A stretch of 57,531 nt of DNA, from contig CALRGN010000001.1 of assembly GCA_943357745.1 (NCBI GenBank), positions 1-57,531 of the forward strand. The letters run 5' to 3'. The position numbers and the translations under genes are program-made. This DNA comes from Candidatus Uhrbacteria bacterium (GTDB lineage Bacteria > Patescibacteriota > Patescibacteriia > UBA9934). Below, piece by piece: positions 44,056 through 53,794 of the stretch (the stretch's first letter is position 1; each line of letters begins with the position of its first letter). The notes below the pieces were generated by a model. The model was not told the origin of the DNA. It worked only from the letters and a program-made list of their open reading frames with translations, and did not search any database.

Positions 44056-45483
44056 TTAGTAGTCTCTTAATTTCTGGATAATTTCTTTTTGTTGAATTTT
44101 CTCAATTGCCTTGGCTTCAATTTGTCTAATACGTTCCCGAGTAACATCAAATTCTTTACCCACCTCCTCTAGCGTATGAGAAACCCCGTCCTCTAAACCA
44201 AATCTAAGTTCTAAAATCTTTTGTTCCCTAGCGGTAAGATCTTGCATTGCTTCCTTAACATAATCTTTAAGCAATTGTCGGGCGGCCGCTTTATCTGGCG
44301 GTAGATTTTTTACATCCTCAATAAAGTCCTCTAGCTTGGAATCTTCATCATCATCACCCACCGAAGTATCTAAAGAAACCGTCTCTTGGGAGATTTTTTG
44401 AATATGTTGAACTTTATCAAGTGGCATCTCCAACTCTGCCGCCAATTCTTCAAGCAAAGGCTCTCTTCCTAGGTCTTGAATCAACCTTCGCTCTACTTGT
44501 TTAAAGCGATTAATGGTCTCCACCATGTGCACCGGAATTCTGATCGTCCGACTTTGATCTGCCAACGCTCTAGTGATTGCTTGCCTAATCCACCAAGTTG
44601 CATAAGTGGAGAATTTAAACCCTTTCCTGTATTCAAATTTTTTGACCGCTCTAAATAACCCAACATTTCCTTCCTGAATCAAATCAAGTAATGACAACTG
44701 CTTACCCACAAACCGTTTGGCAATTGAAACCACTAATCGCAAATTAGCTTCAATTAACCGTCGTTCCGCCTCTTTATCACCGCGTTCCTTTCGGCGTGAT
44801 AGTGCCACTTCATCCTCCGTGGTGAGTAAAGGGATTTTTCCAATTTCTCTAAGATACATTTGGATGCTATCTTGAGTGAGCTCTGTATTTACCGCCGATT
44901 CCGCCCTCTTCTCCACCGACATTCTAAGCTTACCAAACACCTCTTCTCTAGATTGATGACCACCCAAAAATCCTTCCTTAGACTCAACAAAATGCAAGCC
45001 CTTCTTCTCAATTGAATTTAGAAATTCTTCGAATAGATCTAGGTGATCCTCCAAGTAACCAAAACCAAACAAGACTTCATTATCCGTAATAAACCCGCGC
45101 GTCATCCCTTTTTCTAAAATTCTAGCCAAAGTTTCCGGAGTTGGCGGTGGACTTTTCTTATCCAAAACCAATTTTATTTTAATCACCGATTTGACTTTGA
45201 TTTTTTTTGCGGATTTAGTAGCAAGCGGTTTTTTTGAACTTAATTTGGGAGCAAACTTACTAATTTTGGGAGCAAACCTACTAGCTGAAGGCCGATTATT
45301 ACCCTTAGACTTATTATTAAAAGAAGCGACCGCCTTGGGAGAACTTATTTTAGGACCAGATTTATTCAACCTTGGTTTATTCAAACCAGATTTATTCAAA
45401 CTAGATTTGTTCAAGCTAGATTTCTTAAAAACTGTTTTAGTTTTTCCTAATTTTGCTTTAGTGCTCAGGTGTTTTTGAATCAT
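44056..45483 (-). CDS. rpoD: RNA polymerase primary sigma factor (sigma-70 family)
   Basis: [59 protein letters not shown] and [20 protein letters not shown]. Lys/Ser-rich repetitive N-terminus. dnaG-rpoD arrangement. Confidence 0.9.
   Translation of the reverse strand: MIQKHLSTKAKLGKTKTVFKKSSLNKSSLNKSGLNKPRLNKSGPKISSPKAVASFNNKSKGNNRPSASRFAPKISKFAPKLSSKKPLATKSAKKIKVKSVIKIKLVLDKKSPPPTPETLARILEKGMTRGFITDNEVLFGFGYLEDHLDLFEEFLNSIEKKGLHFVESKEGFLGGHQSREEVFGKLRMSVEKRAESAVNTELTQDSIQMYLREIGKIPLLTTEDEVALSRRKERGDKEAERRLIEANLRLVVSIAKRFVGKQLSLLDLIQEGNVGLFRAVKKFEYRKGFKFSTYATWWIRQAITRALADQSRTIRIPVHMVETINRFKQVERRLIQDLGREPLLEELAAELEMPLDKVQHIQKISQETVSLDTSVGDDDEDSKLEDFIEDVKNLPPDKAAARQLLKDYVKEAMQDLTAREQKILELRFGLEDGVSHTLEEVGKEFDVTRERIRQIEAKAIEKIQQKEIIQKLRDY
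45355..45420 (-). repeat. In-frame 15-nt tandem repeat encoding [22 protein letters not shown]
   Basis: Plus strand reads ttattcaaaccagatttattcaaactagatttgttcaagctaga. Confidence 0.8.
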
Positions 45484-45486
45484 AAA

Positions 45487-47358
45487 CTAATCTTTCATTA
45501 GTGATTGAAATTTATTCATAAGGAGATCAAGTTGAGTTTGATCACCCCGTCTTTCCGCCTCCCTAATCTCCGCTTCAAGCTCACGCTTACGGAGATTTTT
45601 GGAAATTTTTATAAAATACCCTAACCCTTTTAGCATCTCCTCTTCCGCTAACTTTGGCGATAGACCGGCAAAGATCTCGTCTGTATAGAGCACGGCGCTA
45701 TCTAAGGCCTGCACGGCCGGTGATAGGGAATGCTCATCAAGATATGCCCGTAATCGTTGATAAAAATCAGTGGTGAATTCACCCTGATCGATTTGGGTGC
45801 TATTATAAACCGCTTCTCCGGCGCTGTAAAGAGTTGCCCACAACTCGGGCAAATCGGTTAGAATTGGTGATTTTACCCGCTCTAGCCAAATCGCTGGGTT
45901 TTTCACCCCCAACCCCACCCACACCGCCCCCGCCCGCCAACTTGGATCTAATTGGGACGGCTTAAATTTAGCGGCGCTGGTAGTGGTAAAAGTCGAGCTA
46001 GCTTTCACGATTGTTCTGGTTGTTTGTGTAACCATTGTTCTAAGAATATCCTGGCTCACTTGAGTAAGATCAGCTAATCGTAATAAATAGAGGTGGAGTA
46101 AGTCCGGCCGCCTAATCAGTCTAAGATAGGGGATCAAATTATCAATCAGCTTTGCTTTAAGCTCCTCTTTACCTCCGCCCGGGGCTATAACCGCTGTTTC
46201 AAAACGCTCTAATTCAAGCTCAAAGAAATAATCCACCACTGGTTTGGATTGAAGTACAATTCTTCGCCACTGTTCTGAATCCTTGGCAATTAGCTCATCT
46301 GGATCTTTTCCAAATTCTTGGGACCAACCAATCACTCGAACTTCAAGATCATCACTCAATTTAGATTCAACTTGCTGGTCATTAAAAGCATAGACTAAAT
46401 TAATCACCCGTTTCAATGCTTCATCTCCCGCCTTATCATGATCTAAACAAAAAATAATTCGCTTACAATATCTAGTCAAAAGTTTCAATTGATCATGAGT
46501 GATGGCGGTACCAGAACTACCCACCACATTCTCCACCCCCGCCCGATGGGAGGCAATCACATCTAAATTTCCTTCCACTACTATCACTTCTTGTAATTTT
46601 TTAATGGCAGTTTTGGCTAAATGAAGACCGTATAACAACTTACCTTTATGATACACCTCTGACTCCGGAGAGTTAATATATTTAGCTTGTTCAGTATCCC
46701 CACCTGGAAGTTGTCTAGCCGTGAACCCCACCACCCCACCATTCAAATCACACAAAGGGATCATTAATCTATTTCTAAATCGGTCGTAAAACCCAATTGC
46801 ATTGACCCGCTTAGAAATCAATCCCGCTTTAAGCATAGTCTCTGGTGTAACCCCCCTACCAGCCAATGCGCTAAATAATCCGGTCCATGCGAGCGGCGCC
46901 ACTCCCAATCTGAATCTCTCGCAATCAGAAGTGGTAATCCCCCTTTGTTCTAAATATTGTCTAGCAAATTCCCCCGACTCGGTGGCATTTAAGATGGCCT
47001 GATAATATTTAGCGGCTAGTTCCAAAGCCTGACTCACTAGCGCCGTGCTAGCGGTTTTAATCTCATTGGGACGGTTTTTTGGAAGTTCAACTCCAGATTT
47101 TTCCGCTAATTGTTTTAACGCTTCCGGAAAATCTATCCCTTCCATCTCCATCAAAAAAGTAAAAATATCTCCGCCCTTATCACAACCAAAACATTTAAAA
47201 ATCTGCCTCTCCTTAGAAACATGGAAAGATGGCGTTCTCTCCGCATGAAAAGGACACAAACCCTTAAATGAACCCACGCCCGATGATTTCAAGACAAGAT
47301 AGCCGGAGATTAGATCGGCTATATCCACCTTAGACTTAATTAACTCCTTTGCATCCAT
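45487..47358 (-). CDS. dnaG: DNA primase
   Basis: CPFHAERTPSFHVS...FKCFGC zinc finger and a Toprim domain (VVEGNLDVIA, DHDKAGDEA). Confidence 0.9.
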   Translation of the reverse strand: MDAKELIKSKVDIADLISGYLVLKSSGVGSFKGLCPFHAERTPSFHVSKERQIFKCFGCDKGGDIFTFLMEMEGIDFPEALKQLAEKSGVELPKNRPNEIKTASTALVSQALELAAKYYQAILNATESGEFARQYLEQRGITTSDCERFRLGVAPLAWTGLFSALAGRGVTPETMLKAGLISKRVNAIGFYDRFRNRLMIPLCDLNGGVVGFTARQLPGGDTEQAKYINSPESEVYHKGKLLYGLHLAKTAIKKLQEVIVVEGNLDVIASHRAGVENVVGSSGTAITHDQLKLLTRYCKRIIFCLDHDKAGDEALKRVINLVYAFNDQQVESKLSDDLEVRVIGWSQEFGKDPDELIAKDSEQWRRIVLQSKPVVDYFFELELERFETAVIAPGGGKEELKAKLIDNLIPYLRLIRRPDLLHLYLLRLADLTQVSQDILRTMVTQTTRTIVKASSTFTTTSAAKFKPSQLDPSWRAGAVWVGLGVKNPAIWLERVKSPILTDLPELWATLYSAGEAVYNSTQIDQGEFTTDFYQRLRAYLDEHSLSPAVQALDSAVLYTDEIFAGLSPKLAEEEMLKGLGYFIKISKNLRKRELEAEIREAERRGDQTQLDLLMNKFQSLMKD

Positions 47359-47411
47359 TTTAAATTTTCAGCCCTATTAAATATCCGTTAAACCGGTAAA
47401 TCCTTCAATCC

Positions 47412-47906
47412 TTAAATCCGTTTCATTTTTTTAATTTTTGCTTTTAAATCCGCCCGTTCTTCTTTACTAATCCTTTGATATCTCCCAAACAGCGCCGTTT
47501 CAGAGATGATATGTCCCACCATCGCCTCATCCACCGCATGTCTAGGAGCACCAGAGACTAGATCTAGCTTAATGTCCAAAGCATAAATTGTAAAGCGATA
47601 CTCATGTTCTCCAAAACTAGGGCAAGGGCCACCATAACCCACTTCACTAAAATCCGTTTCACCTTCCACTGCCCCCTGCGGAACCGAATCTCGTTCAATA
47701 ATCTTAGTAGCTACATCTATATTCCAAATACACCAATGTAACCAATTTCCGCTTGGAGATTCTGGGTCATCAACTATTAGCGCCAGACTCACTGCCAGTT
47801 TAGGAACATCGTGCAGGTGCAATTCAGGATTCACATCTTCACCATCACAAGTGTAGAGCGGTGGAATCAATTCTCCATTTTTGAACTCCGGTGAGTTTAA
47901 GCGCAT
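47412..47906 (-). CDS. YbhB/YbcL (PEBP / Raf-kinase-inhibitor-like) family protein
   Basis: IPPLYTCDGEDVNPEL, LALIVDDPESPSGNWLHW and YRFTIYALD motifs. Confidence 0.75.
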   Translation of the reverse strand: MRLNSPEFKNGELIPPLYTCDGEDVNPELHLHDVPKLAVSLALIVDDPESPSGNWLHWCIWNIDVATKIIERDSVPQGAVEGETDFSEVGYGGPCPSFGEHEYRFTIYALDIKLDLVSGAPRHAVDEAMVGHIISETALFGRYQRISKEERADLKAKIKKMKRI

Positions 47907-48022
47907 AGGCTTACAGTTTTACTAAAATCATCCTAAGAATTAATCAGCTTGAGTATAAAAATTCTTCACTTAATTAGCAAGTCAGTTCCCCACAACCTTA
48001 AAGGGTCTGTCGCCGGAGCAAT

Positions 48023-49411
48023 TTATGGAACCCTAACAAGCGCTCCCCAGATTTCACTCCAAGTGGGATACGCCCGAAAAATACTTTGAAAATCATGCCA
48101 TTTGATTCCCATTTTAATTGCCAATGAAATTTCATGAATCAACTCGCCCGCGTTCTCACACCAGGCCACCGCTCCTAAAATTGAGTCATTCTCCGCATCC
48201 ACCACCACTCGCACCGTTCCCACCGATTTTCCCTCAATCAACGCCCGCCCGAGCACTCTAACCGGTGCGGCAAAGGTTGTAATTTTTCTCCCCTCCCGCC
48301 CCAAAGCAAAACTACTCCCACCCACCGCCGCCAATTCTGGTTCAATAAAAGTTATTCTGGGTACTAGATCAAGATCATGTTTTAGCAATTTTCGTTTCTT
48401 TAAAGATTGTTGACCAGCGTTATAACCGGCCACATATCCCTCTCTAACAGCAGTGTTTGTAAATTGATAAGACCCAGCCGCGTCGCCCGCCAGCCATACC
48501 CCGTGAGCTAGCCGTTGATAGTCGTCGGTTCTAAGGAATTTAGTTTCAATCCCTAAATTGGTCAATTCTAGTTTTTGCACTCTTGGCACTCTTCCCGCTG
48601 AGAGAATAATCTTCTCACCAAACACGGTTCGTCTTGGTTTAGAACCAACTTGAAAAACAACTTCCTGTTTTATTGTCGACCGATAGTTAATCGCTAGCGC
48701 TCTGGCATTGGTAATAATTACCACTCCCTCCCTACGCAATTTCGCTTCAATTAGAGCCGAGATCTCGGGCTCTTCTTTTCTTAAGATGACTCCCTGTTCT
48801 TCTAATATCGTCACCTTGGCTCCCAATCCACTAAACGCCGTTGCCAATTCCAATCCCACCGGACCGCCACCTAAAATCACCACCGAGTCCGGCCAAACCG
48901 GAAAAGAAAAAATATCTCTAGTTACAATTAGCTCTGCTTTTTTACCCATCGTGAGATCTAATTCCCGTTCAATGCTACCAGTAGCAATCACCACTTGGTC
49001 AAACTTTAAATAATGATTGTCAACCTTTAAAGTATTCTGATCTATAAATTTACCCCAACCCTGAAATAACTTCACCCCTTTTTTTAATAAGTCAACCCTA
49101 ATTCTCTCTCCATTTCCTGTTAACGCCTGTTCCACTCCTCGCCATCGAGATTTTAAAGCTTTTAAATCAAAGCTGGATGACTTTACTCTGATCCCGTATC
49201 GGCCAGCCGATAATATATCCTGTTGCAACCGGGCGGATTTCAGCCAGACTTTGGTGGGCACGCAAGCCCAATGCGGACATTCACCACCTAGTTTATCCCC
49301 TTCCACCAAGGCAATCCGTTTCACCCCCGCCTTGAGGGCGCCGTCTACTGCCGCTAAACCAGCGGCCCCTCCGCCAACCACCAAGACTTGATACGGTTCC
49401 CCCTTGCTCAT
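48023..49411 (-). CDS. Class I pyridine nucleotide-disulfide oxidoreductase (dihydrolipoyl dehydrogenase / glutathione / mercuric reductase-like)
   Basis: VVGGGAAG FAD site, redox-active GGECPHWACVPTK, and a second Rossmann fold ILGGGPVGLE. The C-terminal interface motif reads AYPTWSE instead of AHPT.SE. Confidence 0.7.
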   Translation of the reverse strand: MSKGEPYQVLVVGGGAAGLAAVDGALKAGVKRIALVEGDKLGGECPHWACVPTKVWLKSARLQQDILSAGRYGIRVKSSSFDLKALKSRWRGVEQALTGNGERIRVDLLKKGVKLFQGWGKFIDQNTLKVDNHYLKFDQVVIATGSIERELDLTMGKKAELIVTRDIFSFPVWPDSVVILGGGPVGLELATAFSGLGAKVTILEEQGVILRKEEPEISALIEAKLRREGVVIITNARALAINYRSTIKQEVVFQVGSKPRRTVFGEKIILSAGRVPRVQKLELTNLGIETKFLRTDDYQRLAHGVWLAGDAAGSYQFTNTAVREGYVAGYNAGQQSLKKRKLLKHDLDLVPRITFIEPELAAVGGSSFALGREGRKITTFAAPVRVLGRALIEGKSVGTVRVVVDAENDSILGAVAWCENAGELIHEISLAIKMGIKWHDFQSIFRAYPTWSEIWGALVRVP

Positions 49412-49427
49412 AACTTAAATTATTGGC

Positions 49428-51044
49428 TTAAATTTCCTCTTTTTTATTTCTAACAAAGGCAATCCAGCCTTCAATAAATTCAATCGCCACTTTTAACGGC
49501 GCTTCAATAATAAAATCAAAGAAATAGATAAAAATATTAATCTTAGAAACTTTGGCGCTCAACCAAGAACCCGCACGCACAATTGGGATTAATAAAATAT
49601 CAAAGATGGTTCCGAATAGGCCCGATCTTACATCTTTAGCCACAATATCTTTTACCGAATATCTTATTCTAATGCCAAAGAAAGTTACCAGTGAAAGGAA
49701 GAATAGAAAGAAGGCAATAGAAACCACATTAAAATTGGCAAGATGTAGACCGATCGCGATTCCGGCGTAAATGGCCACAAATAAAACCCCATAGATTGCA
49801 TCAAAAACCTTCTTCAAAGAACTCCGGTGGTTGGTTCTAATCCTCAGATGCAAGGCGGCGTGGTCTGCTTTCACCGCTAACGCTCTCACCACTTCCTGAT
49901 AGACTTGGGTATTTTTCTTTTCCGGAACACCCACCGTCAAGCCAATCAAGGCGAGAAGGAGAGGTGGAAAAAGAATATTAATTCCCAGCGGGTACAAAAT
50001 GATTTCGCCCTGATGAAGTAATAGATCGTATGGCAACTCAAATAAAATTGCGAGAATCATTTTGGTGAGGAACATAAATAATACCGTCCTCACCACCGTT
50101 CGGCGCAACCGTACCCTAAACTCCTTGGTTCTTAAAGCCAAAGATTGGGCCACAGCGCTATCAATCACCTCCGGGTCAGCCCAGTCTACTCCGGATTTTT
50201 TTTCTCCATTGTTTCCCTTTGCTTTAGAACCGCTTTCAGTTTTCTGTAGAGTGATCAAAGCCTCGCCTAGAACTCTAAAGATACCGGCTTTACGCCTCAA
50301 TAACTTAGAAACACGATCTGTTAGCGGTGAGAAAATCTGTCTCTCCACTGCCAAATAAATCTCCCCCAAGTGGAGGGCTAGTTGTTCAACCAACTTTTCA
50401 TCAGCCGCGCCCACCCATTTTGGGTAATACAAGGTCAATACTCGGTAGCGCAAAATCGCATGGTTAGATTTAACCAATGCCTTGTGTACCGCAATAAACA
50501 AAGTCAGATCTCGTTGCTCCTCCGTGATTTTAAGCCCCGGATCCCAATCAGATCTCTGCTTAATCTCATCATACATATACGCCACCAACGCCTCCTCCCC
50601 TTGATTTGGTGCTACTGTATATTCAATTTCTGTAGCTAATACATCTAAAATCCATTGGTAAACCGCCTCTCTTCTCTCCCCCATTCCATCCGCCGCTTTA
50701 AATAGCGGGGTATATTTAGAGAGAATCGGATTCAAATCCTCTCCCAGTTGCATTGGGATTTCCTGACCAGGGAAATACTTAGCCCAAACCAACTCCTTAA
50801 TCAAATCCGGACCAACATCGTGTAGATTTTCGCTCTCACTAAGGTATCGTTTGACTATTCTCAAGATGGCGTTTCTTCTTAGCAAATGCTCTTCCTGATA
50901 ATCTAAAGTATTTCTCACTCGTTCATAAATAGCCGCCGCGGTACTCACCGGCACACTTACCTCCACCAACTCCTGGCCCTCGTGGTTCATTTTTGCCGGT
51001 TGGGTGGTAAGTTGTTTGGCCAATAATTTAAATTTATCGCTCAT
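49428..51044 (-). CDS. Hypothetical protein with a soluble N-terminal half of about 300 aa and a C-terminal multi-TM domain
   Basis: 538-aa ORF with about 6 TM segments in the C-terminal half. No family confidently recognised. Confidence 0.4.
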   Translation of the reverse strand: MSDKFKLLAKQLTTQPAKMNHEGQELVEVSVPVSTAAAIYERVRNTLDYQEEHLLRRNAILRIVKRYLSESENLHDVGPDLIKELVWAKYFPGQEIPMQLGEDLNPILSKYTPLFKAADGMGERREAVYQWILDVLATEIEYTVAPNQGEEALVAYMYDEIKQRSDWDPGLKITEEQRDLTLFIAVHKALVKSNHAILRYRVLTLYYPKWVGAADEKLVEQLALHLGEIYLAVERQIFSPLTDRVSKLLRRKAGIFRVLGEALITLQKTESGSKAKGNNGEKKSGVDWADPEVIDSAVAQSLALRTKEFRVRLRRTVVRTVLFMFLTKMILAILFELPYDLLLHQGEIILYPLGINILFPPLLLALIGLTVGVPEKKNTQVYQEVVRALAVKADHAALHLRIRTNHRSSLKKVFDAIYGVLFVAIYAGIAIGLHLANFNVVSIAFFLFFLSLVTFFGIRIRYSVKDIVAKDVRSGLFGTIFDILLIPIVRAGSWLSAKVSKINIFIYFFDFIIEAPLKVAIEFIEGWIAFVRNKKEEI

Positions 51045-51053
51045 AATAGCTCC

Positions 51054-51800
51054 TTAAAAAGACAATCTCTCCTTAGACCGTTGCACAATTTCAAACGCCG
51101 CTTCAGCACTATCAACTAAGGTAAATAAAGAGAGATCGGCCCGCTCAATCGCCCCTTCTTGTTCTAACATCGCATCCGTAATCCATCGTATCAATGGTCT
51201 CCAATATTCCTCTCCCACCAAAATAAGCGGGAACCGTTCTGATTTTTGGGTCTGGATCAAAGTCAAAACTTCAAATAGTTCGTCCATGGTACCGTAACCG
51301 CCCGGAAAGAAAACATACGCTTGCGCACTGGCCGCCAACATTACCTTACGGGTAAAAAAATAGTAAAACGCTTTGCTATGAGTAACATAGGGGTTAATCC
51401 GTTGTTCTTTGGGCAGTTGGATATTCAAGCCAACTGACATTGCTCCGGTTTCATACGCCCCTTTGTTGGCCGCTTCCATAATTCCCGGTCCACCTCCAGT
51501 CACCACCGTAAATTTTCCCGTACCGAGCAGTCGGCCCAACTTTTCCGCTTCTAAGTACCATTTGCTACCAGCCGGAAATCTAGAAGACCCAAAAATTGAC
51601 ACCTCCCGTTTAGTTGCTGATAGAAACTGAAATCCCTCCACAAATTCCGCCATGATCCTAAAAATGCGCCAAGTAAGATCAGACAACTCTGGCGAATATT
51701 GACCACTACGGCAAAGCTCCTGCTCCTCTGGAGTCAGCGGAATTCTGGCTCGGGATGATTCATTTTTGCTACTCAAACCAGTCCCATTTGGCCATGGCAT
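51054..51800 (-). CDS. LOG-family (TIGR00730) Rossmann-fold nucleotide-binding protein
   Basis: GGGPGIMEAANKGA and PGGYGTMDELFE signature motifs. Confidence 0.8.
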   Translation of the reverse strand: MPWPNGTGLSSKNESSRARIPLTPEEQELCRSGQYSPELSDLTWRIFRIMAEFVEGFQFLSATKREVSIFGSSRFPAGSKWYLEAEKLGRLLGTGKFTVVTGGGPGIMEAANKGAYETGAMSVGLNIQLPKEQRINPYVTHSKAFYYFFTRKVMLAASAQAYVFFPGGYGTMDELFEVLTLIQTQKSERFPLILVGEEYWRPLIRWITDAMLEQEGAIERADLSLFTLVDSAEAAFEIVQRSKERLSF

Positions 51801-51832
51801 AATTCCTCCCTATTTTATCACAGTTAAGGAAA

Positions 51833-53125
51833 TTAGGTAATCAGTTTAAATCCGGCTTTATTCACCACCTTCGCTAAATACAACCTCCGACCGTCCCCAA
51901 TTATTTCTCCGTGATACAAAGCGGACACCCGTTCCCAATCCAAATTTATAAATTCTGGCTCTGCCGTTAAAACCATTAACAGATCAGCTTGGGAGAGCAC
52001 CGCGGTAGCGTCATCCAAACTTGTTATTCCTAGTTTCTCCGCCTGTATTTTGACCACCAGCGGATCAAACGCCACCACCATTCCCCCCGCGTTCCGCCAT
52101 CGTTCAATAATTTCAAGTGCAGGTGCCGATCTTAGATCGTCCGTCCCTTCCTTATAAGCCAGCCCTAATATTCCTAATCGTTTCCCCACCGGATCACCAA
52201 ATGCACTCACTACTCTATTATAAAAACCGATCACCGCCTGTTGGTTCACCTCCACCACTGCTTCCAATAAACCGGTCTTAATCCCAATCGTCTTAGCATA
52301 ATTAATTAACGAGTTGGTGTCCTTGGGAAAACAACCACCCCCAAAACCAACCCCCGCTTTCAAAAAATTCGGCCCAATTCTAGGATCCAAACCAATAATT
52401 TTAGCGACCAAATTAATGTCCCCCCCCACCTTGTCCGCCACTAGCGCCAATTCATTGATGAATGAAATCCTACTCGCCAGCATGGCATTGGCCGCCAATT
52501 TTGACAGTTCCGCCGAGCGAATATCAGTAATCACAATCGGTACTGCTTCCGGTGTAACCGATTTGAAAAATTTAACGACCAAATTTTCTTGATCCAACCC
52601 CTCGCCACCCAAAACCACTCGACTTGGTGCGAGCGTATCTCTTAGCGCTGATCCTTCAGAGAGAAACTCCGGACTAAAATATACTCCCCCCTTAAACACC
52701 AACCCGCGTTCTTCACAACCCAACCGCACCTCCTCCAAAACTTTATCACTCATTTTTGGCAATACAGTTGACTTAATAACAACTTGTAAATTTGCATCGC
52801 CCAACATTCCCACCATTCGGGCTGACTCCAAAAGATACTGGTCGTTTAATAATCCATCAACCCCGATTGGTGTCCCAACACAAATAAAAACCAGCTCCAA
52901 GGTTGAGTCGGCAACCAGAGTTTCCACAAAAGTTAGCCTACCGGATTGCATCGCTTCCGCTAAAGCCGAATGCAGTCCTGGTTCAAAAAACGGCGCTTCC
53001 CCCGCCAATAATCGTTGCAATTTTTCGCTATTATTTTCCACTCCAATCACGGTATGCCCCAGATTGGTCCATACCACCGCACTCACCAAGCCAACATATC
53101 CCATGCCGATTACTGCAATCTTCAT
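51833..53125 (-). CDS. ugd: UDP-glucose 6-dehydrogenase family protein
   Basis: MKIAVIGMGYVG N-terminus and the catalytic GFGGGCFPKD motif. Confidence 0.8.
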   Translation of the reverse strand: MKIAVIGMGYVGLVSAVVWTNLGHTVIGVENNSEKLQRLLAGEAPFFEPGLHSALAEAMQSGRLTFVETLVADSTLELVFICVGTPIGVDGLLNDQYLLESARMVGMLGDANLQVVIKSTVLPKMSDKVLEEVRLGCEERGLVFKGGVYFSPEFLSEGSALRDTLAPSRVVLGGEGLDQENLVVKFFKSVTPEAVPIVITDIRSAELSKLAANAMLASRISFINELALVADKVGGDINLVAKIIGLDPRIGPNFLKAGVGFGGGCFPKDTNSLINYAKTIGIKTGLLEAVVEVNQQAVIGFYNRVVSAFGDPVGKRLGILGLAYKEGTDDLRSAPALEIIERWRNAGGMVVAFDPLVVKIQAEKLGITSLDDATAVLSQADLLMVLTAEPEFINLDWERVSALYHGEIIGDGRRLYLAKVVNKAGFKLIT

Positions 53126-53210
53126 AAATGCAAAATTACCTTAGCCAAACCCCAATAAAAGGAATAACCGCTCCTTAGAATAAGCTCCTTAGAATTACCG
53201 CCCCTTGCGT

Positions 53211-53783
53211 TTATTCCGCAAATTCCGCCGTCGCTACTCTAACACCATTTTGAATATTTTGGGAAGACAGTTCCTCTCTTCTGATGGTTACCGCTCTATA
53301 ATCGGCTGGATTAATCACGCCGGTTTCAGGACCAGCCACAAAGCTTGCTTGCCAAGTACCGTCTGCTCTTGGTGTTAATTCTCCCATCAGCTGTACATCT
53401 GCCAATCCGGTCATCAAAAGCCAAACCCCAAATCGTTCCGTGTTTAAATCAATCGCCGGCAAATTTGCCACTACCTCATATTCCTCGCCGCGCGGTCCGG
53501 CATAGCGTTTCACTTTACCAATCACCGATTGATCAAAACTATTCACTAGCGTCGTCTCCACCAACACCGGTCTTGGCGAAATATCTTCCGTATCAACAAT
53601 CGTCGCACCACTCCACCCCGCATTCACCAAACTTCTGGCCGCATCCTGCCTAAACCAGGTCACTGCGCCATAAAAAACTCCCACTCCACTTCCCATTACA
53701 ATACTCATCGCAAACAATTTAAAAAAAAGTCCTCCACCGGTTCTAGAATACCGATTATTGTGTTTCCTCCTGTATGACCCCAT
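53211..53783 (-). CDS. Hypothetical membrane-anchored protein (possibly with an RskA-like extracytoplasmic domain)
   Basis: Basic N-terminus, one TM (LFFKLFAMSIVMGSGVGVFYGAV), and a beta-rich domain with FGVWLL...G. Weak call. Confidence 0.3.
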   Translation of the reverse strand: MGSYRRKHNNRYSRTGGGLFFKLFAMSIVMGSGVGVFYGAVTWFRQDAARSLVNAGWSGATIVDTEDISPRPVLVETTLVNSFDQSVIGKVKRYAGPRGEEYEVVANLPAIDLNTERFGVWLLMTGLADVQLMGELTPRADGTWQASFVAGPETGVINPADYRAVTIRREELSSQNIQNGVRVATAEFAE

Positions 53784-53794
53784 AAGTGTAATAA

